Assembly (NCBI GenBank): GCA_039091335.1
Contig: JAWCME010000010.1
Location: 1,551-13,124 of the forward strand
Direction of reading: 5' to 3'
Length of the DNA stretch: 11,574 nucleotides
From: Candidatus Aenigmatarchaeota archaeon
GTDB taxonomy: Archaea > Aenigmatarchaeota > Aenigmatarchaeia > CG10238-14 > SCSR01
Shown here: piece after piece, positions 1-7,332 of the stretch
Position numbering within the stretch: the first letter of the stretch is position 1
Layout of the letters: every line of letters begins with the position of its first letter
Translations under genes and position numbers: made by a program
The notes under the pieces: generated by a model
What the model saw: only the letters and a program-made list of their open reading frames with translations
Database searches by the model: none
Told to the model about the DNA's origin: nothing

Positions 1-1479
1 ATTTCCGAAAATTCTTCTGAAGAAAGAATAGCTTGGTTTTTTCTGCATACCAAGCTTTTCGTATTCTTCCAAAGTTTTTTGAATTCCCGTTTCAATGGGG
101 TAGCCTTCTGAAAGGTAATTTCCCATCGTGAAAAGTCCAATCCTAAATTCTTCTTCTATGTTCTTTATTTCATTCCTTATCTTTATCCTTTGGTAGCTTT
201 TTAGATAAAAGTAAGAAATGAAAATTAAAGCAAAACCTGCAGTTATTGAAAAAGTTGAGAGAAGATTTTCAACATTTAAGCTTGCCTCTTTCATCAAAAT
301 ACATTTTTGTGGTGTAATTCCTGTGGGGCATCCCAATTCTATCAGCAATTCTTGGGTTGGAAACATTAGATTGAAAGATAGGTTGATGAAATGCAAAATC
401 CCATAAGTCATTATCAAGAACCCAATAAGAATTGAAAAAATGAAAATTGGGATATAGAACCTTTTTCCACCAACTTTGAGTTCAAAATAGCCTTTTGGTG
501 GGAGCTCAGGATGTTTGCTTATGTCTGGCACCATCAAAGCTCCAGGCCTTTTCTGCAATATCCTGTTTATCAAGAAATAGAGCAAAAAGGGCAAGAAAAT
601 TATATAGCCAAAAATAAGTTGTGGTGTACTAACTTGTTGATGCAAGAAAATTGCAACCATGGGAAACATAACAAGACCCATCACTGGCAAAAGTAAACCA
701 AAAACATGAAGCATCATTATTGGTGAGTAAATTTCTTCAACATAAACTTTCATTCTTTGATGAGTAGCATCTAAAACAAAAGCTAGAGCTTTTCTCAAAA
801 TTTCTTCTCTTCCTCTTTCGGTAGGCTCTATCAAAACACCGTAAATCAAGCTCAAAGCTCGAACAAAATCTTCATTCCACCAAACCCATTTTTGGGTGTA
901 TTGACTTAAAGCTTCTTCTACAGTTTTATATTTCCCTGTTTGTAAATCCCACATGGCTTTCCTCATATCTTCACTTATTGGCCCTCTTGCACGCTCAATT
1001 GCAAAACTCACCGCACCTTCTAAGCTTGGGTTGAGCTTTAGGTAAATTGCCATGTAAAGGACTATCTTTATAGCTTCGTCTCCTGCTTGAACTCTCAGCA
1101 CGCTAGCCCTAAAAGAAGGGTAAGTGTAAAAATACCAAGCTAAACCAAAAGGAATTAAAAGAAGAAAAACGCTCGTTGAAATATCGTTAAGAAAAAGGAT
1201 TAAAGGCGAAATTGAAAGAAAGGAAAGGATAAAAATAAGAAGAGTGGCAGAAAGAACTCCTGTAGGCGAGACATTTAAAGAAGAAAAAACTATGTTGAAT
1301 TTCAATTTTTCTTCCATTGATTTTGATGGTTTTATTCTTAAGCTTTCAGCAAATTTACAAAACTTTTCGTAAAAGCTTTTAGGTTCCCTTAGCCTTTGCT
1401 CTTGGAGAAGGAATTCAAGATATTCTTTAGAAATCCCTTTTTTTAAACTTTCTGTGCTTTTTGGAGCAAAAACTCCCAT
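1..1479 (-). CDS. Type IV pilus/archaellum-type membrane platform protein (TadC/ArlJ(FlaJ)/PilC, T2SS-F family); partial, runs off the left edge
   Basis: Manually translated; absent from the ORF track because there is no stop in the window. ATG at 1479 (MGVFAPKSTESLKKGISKEYLEF...), open for 493 codons. Two TM helices are followed by a GspF-like cytoplasmic domain (YMAIYLKLNPSLEGAVSFA...GPISEDMRKAMWDLQTGKYKTVEEAL). Further TM helices (LLLPVMGLVMFPMVAIFL) precede the start of a second GspF-like domain (IEEEFRIGLFTMGNYLSEGYPIETGI). Confidence 0.85.
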   Translation of the reverse strand, partial: MGVFAPKSTESLKKGISKEYLEFLLQEQRLREPKSFYEKFCKFAESLRIKPSKSMEEKLKFNIVFSSLNVSPTGVLSATLLIFILSFLSISPLILFLNDISTSVFLLLIPFGLAWYFYTYPSFRASVLRVQAGDEAIKIVLYMAIYLKLNPSLEGAVSFAIERARGPISEDMRKAMWDLQTGKYKTVEEALSQYTQKWVWWNEDFVRALSLIYGVLIEPTERGREEILRKALAFVLDATHQRMKVYVEEIYSPIMMLHVFGLLLPVMGLVMFPMVAIFLHQQVSTPQLIFGYIIFLPFLLYFLINRILQKRPGALMVPDISKHPELPPKGYFELKVGGKRFYIPIFIFSILIGFLIMTYGILHFINLSFNLMFPTQELLIELGCPTGITPQKCILMKEASLNVENLLSTFSITAGFALIFISYFYLKSYQRIKIRNEIKNIEEEFRIGLFTMGNYLSEGYPIETGIQKTLEEYEKLGMQKKPSYSFFRRIFGN

Positions 1480-1511
1480 AATTAAAATTTAACTCTTTGA
1501 AGAATTAAACG

Positions 1512-2399
1512 TCAACTTATTTCTCTTAACGCGTTTCTAACAGCATTTTCAGCAGCTGCCCAATCTATTTGTTGACCTGGTTGAGGTGTTAAAGCATTTA
1601 TTGCTTGTGTGATATAGTTGTAGTAATTGGTGGAAAAGCCAGCGATGTTTTTAGCTGCGTTTAGGTTGTTTTGGGCAGAACCAGCTTGCCTTGCACCTAA
1701 GTCGCGCAAAGCATTTTGCAAGTAGTTTACAGCAGTATCTCTCCATTTTCTTGTCATTGATTTGTAATATTCACCTGTAGCTATACCATATCCTTTAAAG
1801 AAAATACCAATAATAAAAGTTGCTGCAAAAATTACAACAGACCAAGCGCCTAAAAAACTAAAAAGAATCCAAACTATTTTCACAAACCATCCCATTGGGA
1901 TTGTTATAAAAGCTATTATTAGTGCAAGAACTCTATTGACTTTACCCATACCCTCGAAAATATTGATCGAAGTTAGAAAGGCCCAAACAAGTGTATATAT
2001 TGCTGCAAAAGGTAGAATGAAAAGATAAATTATAGCAGGTACATAACCCCATTCCCTTGGCAAACCAATGAATTGTAAAGCATCTTTAGCGGGTTCTGGC
2101 AATTCTCTATATTTGAAACTTTCTGGAATCTGTAAGTATTGTGGAAACTCTACAAATTGAGGTATGATGAACAATAGAACTACTAAAATTAGGAAAAGTA
2201 TCAATCCGCCTGATACCCTGCCTTTTGGTTTTGGCAACACGCCACCAACAGCAAGAAGAATCAGTATAAAAATTAAAATGAAAATCACGCCAGTGAATTG
2301 TGGTAGAATTGAAATTATTTGACTTGCAAGGTCTTGGGCAAAAACAGAATTAATTAAAAAAGAAAGAAAAATTAAAAGTGAAAAAATTCTTTTTTCCAT
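1512..2399 (-). CDS. Uncharacterised membrane protein: signal peptide + TM hairpin + shared 3-TM module + Ala/Asn/Gln-rich helical tail
   Basis: 295 aa ORF. Signal-peptide-like N-terminus ending VFA|Q and about 5 further TM segments. Motif LPFAAIYTLVWAFL..INIF...VNRVLALIIA is shared with the neighbouring genes. Confidence 0.85.
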   Translation of the reverse strand: MEKRIFSLLIFLSFLINSVFAQDLASQIISILPQFTGVIFILIFILILLAVGGVLPKPKGRVSGGLILFLILVVLLFIIPQFVEFPQYLQIPESFKYRELPEPAKDALQFIGLPREWGYVPAIIYLFILPFAAIYTLVWAFLTSINIFEGMGKVNRVLALIIAFITIPMGWFVKIVWILFSFLGAWSVVIFAATFIIGIFFKGYGIATGEYYKSMTRKWRDTAVNYLQNALRDLGARQAGSAQNNLNAAKNIAGFSTNYYNYITQAINALTPQPGQQIDWAAAENAVRNALREIS

Positions 2400-2414
2400 A
2401 ATTTTATTTTAAAT

Positions 2415-2687
2415 TCATAGAATATAAGTTTTGCTACCTATTCTTTTTTTTCTAGTAGAGAAGAGCAAAGAAATTATGAATGCCAGAAATAAGAAAAAGA
2501 AAGAAATTGCAAGAACTTGAACTAGAATTTGAAAATAATAAAGAGAAGCAAAAAGGACATAAAAGGCTATTGTGAAAGAGATTATGAGATTGACAGGTGT
2601 TTGAAAAATTTTAAGCTTCTTTAAAAATCCAAAAACTATCAAAAAACTCAAAAGAAAAAGTAAGAATCGAAATACAACTTCTATCAT
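2415..2687 (-). CDS. Small 3-TM membrane protein (minimal member of the local paralog family)
   Basis: 90 aa with three hydrophobic segments and the motif FLIVFGFLKKLKIF..PVNLIISFTIA. Its start overlaps the stop of the upstream gene by 4 bp (2684..2687), suggesting translational coupling. Confidence 0.8.
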   Translation of the reverse strand: MIEVVFRFLLFLLSFLIVFGFLKKLKIFQTPVNLIISFTIAFYVLFASLYYFQILVQVLAISFFFLFLAFIISLLFSTRKKRIGSKTYIL

Positions 2688-3205
2688 TTAGCTTGCCTCT
2701 CAGTTTTAAGTTCTTTGTATTTTTTGTACCATTCAACTCCTTTAAGGTCTCTGCCTAGTTCTTTAGCTAGCTCTTCTAATCTTCCGATTTCGCTTTCTAA
2801 TTTGCCCCAAACTCTCATTTTTTCTAATGGATCTTGAGCTTTATTAAAACTTTCCCACATTTCTTCACACTTCTTAATTCCATCATCAAACATTTTTTCT
2901 TTTTCTTCCAAACCCCCAATTTTTTTAATGCTATACTTGCCTACGCCAAAAATGAAGATTGAAGCAAAAGCTGTTACTACCAAAAAAGCTGCTAAGAAAG
3001 GAAGCAAGTACACTAAACCCAAATAATATAGGGAAAAAATACCTAATGCAGAAATAATTAGAGAAAGCATTAAATTAAGCCTGTTTGTAGATTCGCCAAA
3101 AATTTTGGACTTTCTTAATAAAGCATAGAGTAAAAGAAAGAAGAGTAAAAGGGGGAGGAAGATTTGAAAAATAAAATCTTTTAAAGTTAAACCAAAAATT
3201 TCCAT
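2684..3205 (-). CDS. 3-TM membrane protein with charged C-terminal helical hairpin (paralog family)
   Basis: 173 aa. Motif LPLLLFFLLLYALLRKSKIFG...RLNLMLSLIIS, followed by a K/E-rich helical tail. Confidence 0.85.
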   Translation of the reverse strand: MEIFGLTLKDFIFQIFLPLLLFFLLLYALLRKSKIFGESTNRLNLMLSLIISALGIFSLYYLGLVYLLPFLAAFLVVTAFASIFIFGVGKYSIKKIGGLEEKEKMFDDGIKKCEEMWESFNKAQDPLEKMRVWGKLESEIGRLEELAKELGRDLKGVEWYKKYKELKTERQAK

Positions 3206-3263
3206 AAATAGTATTTGTTTCTTTAGAATATTTTCATAATTGTTATCACTAAAAGGAGATAAC

Positions 3264-3270
3264 TTTAAAA
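3264..3270 (+). promoter_or_regulatory. Putative archaeal TATA box for the kinase-like/GT4 gene (leaderless or short leader)
   Basis: TTTAAAA lies 24-30 nt upstream of ATG 3294, preceded by a purine-rich stretch. The AT-rich background weakens this call. Confidence 0.4.
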
Positions 3271-3293
3271 ATATTACTGTTTATATTTTTTTC

Positions 3294-5258
3294 ATGGAGA
3301 AAGAAGAAGTGGTAAATGTTATCGAGACTATAGATTTTGTAATAAAAATAGTAAGAGATAAAAATGGAAATCTTGTATGCATAAAAAAAGCAAGAGAGTT
3401 TCCAAGTTCGATAAAAAGATTTAACATAGAAAAAAGTGTTTTGAAAGAATGGGAAAAATTTAACAAAATATTGCCCACGCAATTTTTAATTCCTCCAACA
3501 AAAATTAAGGAAAATTTTTTCATTCAACCTTACTTACAACCTCACATCCCAAACGAAAATGAAGTTGAGAAAATGCTTGAAAAATGGTATGAATTCTGGG
3601 GAGTAACTCTAAGTCATGTAGATTTGCACAATATTCTTAAAGAAACCGCTACGTTTTTACAATCATCCCTACCGGAAGAAAGGATTAACAGCCCACTTTA
3701 CAAAGAAGTAATAAAAGAAATATCTGAAAATTTTAAAGGAGCATATTCAGGGCATCTTTCTAAAATACATGGAAATCTCACTTTTGAAAATTTCAAAAGA
3801 GATGAAAGAGGTAATTTATATCTCGTTGACTTTGACTTTTCGGAAGAAGGGTACATAGAAGATGATGTTAGTAGATTCAAAGTAGATAGTATAATTACTA
3901 AACCAATAACATTAAAATTTTTTGAAAAATTGGAAAGTGATTTGGAAAAAGATAATATTTTGAATGAATCAACAACCAAAGCATTTGATGTTATTAATTA
4001 CCTTAAAAGACTACCGTATACTAAGTATTACCATAGTGATGCTGAAAGAGATTTGTTTGACTTATTCCTCATAAATTCAATAGAAACTCTCTACAATAAA
4101 CCTCTCACAACAATACCTTTACCAGAAAGGAAGATTAGAGTTTTAAACATCTCATGGGGATTACCTGGAGGGGTAAACACGTACATAGAAACATATACAA
4201 AACCTTTGGAAAGGTTGGGTTTTGAATTTTACGAAATTGGGTGTAGTTTTGATGAAAATGAAGAAAATCAAATTTTTTCTATAAGAAAAGGTGAGAATTT
4301 TGAAAGAGTCTCAAAAGAGTTAGTGGAGGAATTGTTAGAAGCTGAGTTTGATTTAATAAACATACATAACTATTACATTGCTTTTCCACTTCAAAAAGAG
4401 GAGAATTTTTTTGAAGTGATTAAAAATGTGAGGAAGAAGAAAAAAATACCTATAATATATACAATGCATGGACATCTTAAAGAAATATTTGAGCAAGCTG
4501 GAATAAAAGATTCTGAAAGTCCCTATCTTAGAGCTGAGAAAGAACTTTTAGAAGAATCAGACATTATCATAAGCAATTCTTATCTTAAAAAAAGCCTATC
4601 CAAAACTATGCCGGCTCTGCTTAAAAAACACAGAGTGGTTGAACCAGCATCCAACATCGCAAACATTTGTGATAAAATACCAGAGAAAAAACTAACAAAT
4701 TTTACCGAAGATACTTGGATTATATCTTATATCGGGAGAATAGATGAAAGTAAAGGTATAATGGAAGCCATCGATGCAGTTGGTTTATTAAACAAAAATG
4801 GATTTAAGTCTGTGCTTTTACTTGTAGGCCCTATACAGGCAGAAGAAATAATGAAGAATCTTCCTTCATACGTTTTTTACTGTGGAGAAAAAAATAGAGA
4901 AGATGTGGTTAACTATATCAAAGCATCTCACATAACAGTTCAACCTACTTATTACGACTCTTTCAATCTCAGTGTCTACGAGTCTTTGGTATGTGGGACT
5001 CCGGTGGTTGCTAGCGAACGTGCAGGAATTACTCATTATTTTTCTAAATACATCACTAGGTTTGAATGGTCTGACGATTATGAGGAGAGAGTGAAATATC
5101 TTTCGAATGCTTTAGAATATGTGATGGAAAATTATGAGGAAATAAAAAAATATACAGAAACTGGACGGAAAGAACTTTTGTTTGGATTTCATCCGATAAA
5201 AATGGCTTATGATATTGGAAGATGCTATCTTGATGTTATAAAAAGTTATTCATCATAA
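3294..5258 (+). CDS. Fusion: APH/choline-kinase-like phosphotransferase domain (possibly inactive) + GT4 (GT-B) glycosyltransferase
   Basis: ATG 3294 (MEKEEVV...) preferred over the ORF-track TTG at 3240. The N-terminal domain has CIKK, IHGNLTFEN and LVDFD (Brenner-type HxDxxxxN and DF[D/E] motifs). The C-terminal domain has PGGVNTY, YTMHG, YIGRIDESKG and QPTYYDSFNLSVYESLVCGTPVVAS (GT4 [E/D]x7E signature). Confidence 0.85.
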   Translation: MEKEEVVNVIETIDFVIKIVRDKNGNLVCIKKAREFPSSIKRFNIEKSVLKEWEKFNKILPTQFLIPPTKIKENFFIQPYLQPHIPNENEVEKMLEKWYEFWGVTLSHVDLHNILKETATFLQSSLPEERINSPLYKEVIKEISENFKGAYSGHLSKIHGNLTFENFKRDERGNLYLVDFDFSEEGYIEDDVSRFKVDSIITKPITLKFFEKLESDLEKDNILNESTTKAFDVINYLKRLPYTKYYHSDAERDLFDLFLINSIETLYNKPLTTIPLPERKIRVLNISWGLPGGVNTYIETYTKPLERLGFEFYEIGCSFDENEENQIFSIRKGENFERVSKELVEELLEAEFDLINIHNYYIAFPLQKEENFFEVIKNVRKKKKIPIIYTMHGHLKEIFEQAGIKDSESPYLRAEKELLEESDIIISNSYLKKSLSKTMPALLKKHRVVEPASNIANICDKIPEKKLTNFTEDTWIISYIGRIDESKGIMEAIDAVGLLNKNGFKSVLLLVGPIQAEEIMKNLPSYVFYCGEKNREDVVNYIKASHITVQPTYYDSFNLSVYESLVCGTPVVASERAGITHYFSKYITRFEWSDDYEERVKYLSNALEYVMENYEEIKKYTETGRKELLFGFHPIKMAYDIGRCYLDVIKSYSS

Positions 5259-5260
5259 TA

Positions 5261-6187
5261 TTAACTTTTACCCGCAGGTGGTTTAACGCCTGCCTTCCTT
5301 GCCTCTTCTTCCGCTTTCGTTAACTCTTTCCTAATCTCGTCTAACCTTCTCCTCAAATTTACATCCCCAGGTTCAAGTTCTAGTGCTCTTAAAACTTCTT
5401 TTTCTTCTTCAAGCAGTCTATCTATATGAGCAAGATATGTTATAGTTCGCTCGCCTGAAATAAGTGCCGCCAAACCTAATAGTTTAATCATCCCACGCCA
5501 AAGTGCTCCAATAAGTATAATGTTAATTAAGAGTGCTACTATACCAACAGCCCCAAAAGTTAAAAATTCTACAAAAAGGGTAACAAAAAACCCTCTAAAT
5601 GCAAGCAAACCAATGCATAAGGCCATTATATTTCTTAGTGTAGTGGGATGAATCCAATCTAAAGCCCAAACCATAACTGCAATTGATAATGCCAATGGCA
5701 TTATAACAGCAAATATAAAGAAGGCGCTTAATCCAAGGTAGAATTCAGCGGGAGTTGCCCCTTCTGGCACATAACCAGTTATTATACAGGCAAGTGAAGC
5801 AAGGAAATCTGTTGCCATGGCTGTTGGAATATTAGTATCTTGAGGTACAACAGGAGGGATTCCTTTACATTCCTTATAACTTACAATTTTATTGATAGTT
5901 AATATTTCAAAAAATTTGTATTCTACCATAAACATAGCTATAAAAGTAATTACAAGGCCTACACCGAAAATAGATTTACCGCTTGTTAAATGGTGTGTTC
6001 TTATTAATACGGCCCCTATAAATAATAAACATGCTCCTATGATGACAAACATTAACCACCAACCAGCTATTGCTGCCCAAGAACTTCTTAAATCTTCAAA
6101 TAAACTAGTTTGAGCAAAAGAGCTTTTCTGTAAAAGAATGAGCACTAAAATTAAAAACAATGAGTATTTTGAATACCTTTTATTCAT
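5261..6187 (-). CDS. Uncharacterised membrane protein: signal peptide + TM hairpin + shared 3-TM module + coiled-coil tail (paralog of 1512..2399)
   Basis: ATG at 6187 (alternative TTG at 6196). Signal-peptide-like end SFA|Q, module IMPLALSIAVMVWALDWI...LRNIMALCIG, and a charged helical C-terminus. Confidence 0.82.
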   Translation of the reverse strand: MNKRYSKYSLFLILVLILLQKSSFAQTSLFEDLRSSWAAIAGWWLMFVIIGACLLFIGAVLIRTHHLTSGKSIFGVGLVITFIAMFMVEYKFFEILTINKIVSYKECKGIPPVVPQDTNIPTAMATDFLASLACIITGYVPEGATPAEFYLGLSAFFIFAVIMPLALSIAVMVWALDWIHPTTLRNIMALCIGLLAFRGFFVTLFVEFLTFGAVGIVALLINIILIGALWRGMIKLLGLAALISGERTITYLAHIDRLLEEEKEVLRALELEPGDVNLRRRLDEIRKELTKAEEEARKAGVKPPAGKS

Positions 6188-6267
6188 TTTCCTCAAATTT
6201 TATTTTAATTTTAAAGTATAAAAAATATGAACCTGGAATTTCAGAAATATATTTTAAACCTCTATCT

Positions 6268-6282
6268 GAAAACATTTTTATT
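6268..6282 (+). promoter_or_regulatory. Putative BRE/TATA for the HAD gene
   Basis: GAAAAC-A-TTTTTATT, with the T-rich box 19-26 nt upstream of ATG 6301; slightly closer than canonical spacing. Confidence 0.3.
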
Positions 6283-6300
6283 ATCGAAAACCATCCTTAC

Positions 6301-7332
6301 ATGGGATATAAAACTGGATTGCAAGCATATCCAAAAGCTTGTATATTCGATTTTGATGGAGTTTTTGAATTTCCAGGCTCATCGCCCCTCTATAAGCTTT
6401 TCATAGAAAAACTAATGGATGAAAATAGGAGATTGGAAGGTAGAAAAGATGAAATTGATGAAAGCATTAAGTTAATTCTTGCTGGTGACTTGCCATCGGG
6501 AGAAAAGAAAATGGCAAAAATTTACAGGGAAAGTGAAGTTAAAAAAGAAGAATGTGAAATTGCTGCCATAGAAGCTGTGAAAGAGTTCAAGTTTGCGAAA
6601 AATGCCAGGAAGTTGATACAAGAAATTAAGAAAATGGGATATTGTATTGCCATAATCTCCGGTTCTATGCAAATTGCCCTTGAAGGAGTTGGTGAAATAC
6701 TTGGCATTGATAAAGAAAATATTTTTGGCAGTGTTTTGGAATATGATGAAAATGGAAAAGTTGAAGATATTTTATTAAGACTCAATTTTAGAAAGCTTGA
6801 AGCTCAAGATTTTTATCTTAAAAAATTTATCAACAATAGTTATGGTTGTAGGTTCTTTTTCACTGACGATTATGTTTCAGATGCACCAACAGCAAAATTT
6901 GGTTTGAATCCAGCGATAATTATTAATAAAGCTAGAAGAGAAGAATTACAGTTTGATGTTGCTGCTTGCTGCCCGGAAGCAAGAGAAGATATGTTGAAAC
7001 TTATTCCTTTAATTTACAAATTCGAGCAAGGATATGTTAACATACATTTAAGAAGTGAAGAAGAAGAGAAGAAGATTATAGACTTTGCTCGTGAAATAAA
7101 AATTTTGTCTTCTGATATTTCTAAAGACAAAATTGTTTTTCTTAAAAAATCATTTCTTTCAAAATCTATAGAACTTTACAAACTCCTTGAAAAAACATTA
7201 GCTAGAAAACAATATTTAAAGAAGAAGATTTTAGAATTGCAATCAAGTGAAAGTGAAGAAAAAGATATCGAACTTATGCTAACAATAACAGATTTTTTGA
7301 AAAAATATGTTGCTGAATTTCACGCAAATTAA
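6301..7332 (+). CDS. HAD-superfamily hydrolase, subfamily IB (phosphoserine phosphatase-like), with C-terminal helical extension
   Basis: Motif I CIFDFDGV, motif II IAIISGS, a motif III Lys candidate (NFRKL) and motif IV FFTDDYVSD. ATG 6301 is preferred because it places motif I at residue 17 and avoids overlap with the divergent gene. Confidence 0.82.
   Translation: MGYKTGLQAYPKACIFDFDGVFEFPGSSPLYKLFIEKLMDENRRLEGRKDEIDESIKLILAGDLPSGEKKMAKIYRESEVKKEECEIAAIEAVKEFKFAKNARKLIQEIKKMGYCIAIISGSMQIALEGVGEILGIDKENIFGSVLEYDENGKVEDILLRLNFRKLEAQDFYLKKFINNSYGCRFFFTDDYVSDAPTAKFGLNPAIIINKARREELQFDVAACCPEAREDMLKLIPLIYKFEQGYVNIHLRSEEEEKKIIDFAREIKILSSDISKDKIVFLKKSFLSKSIELYKLLEKTLARKQYLKKKILELQSSESEEKDIELMLTITDFLKKYVAEFHAN

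Noticed and set aside
218..696. Plus-strand ORFs 218..406 and 511..696
   Set aside because: Both lie antisense within the 493-codon TadC/ArlJ-like frame and show no recognisable features.
2400..2412. Minus-strand TTAAAATAAAATT immediately upstream of 1512..2399, also found upstream of 5261..6187 (about 6195-6207)
   Set aside because: Purely A/T sequence in AT-rich intergenic DNA; cannot be distinguished from chance, although both genes are paralogs.
3240..3293. TTG start extension of the GT gene
   Set aside because: The extension covers the likely TATA box; ATG 3294 fits archaeal promoter spacing better.
3249..3979. Minus-strand ORFs 3249..3482, 3281..3523 and 3698..3979
   Set aside because: Shadow ORFs opposite the kinase-like/GT4 gene, with F/S/L-rich composition typical of antisense frames.
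6160..6300. 47-codon N-terminal extension of the HAD gene
   Set aside because: It would overlap the divergent gene head-to-head and remove the promoter region. HAD motif I normally lies near the N-terminus.
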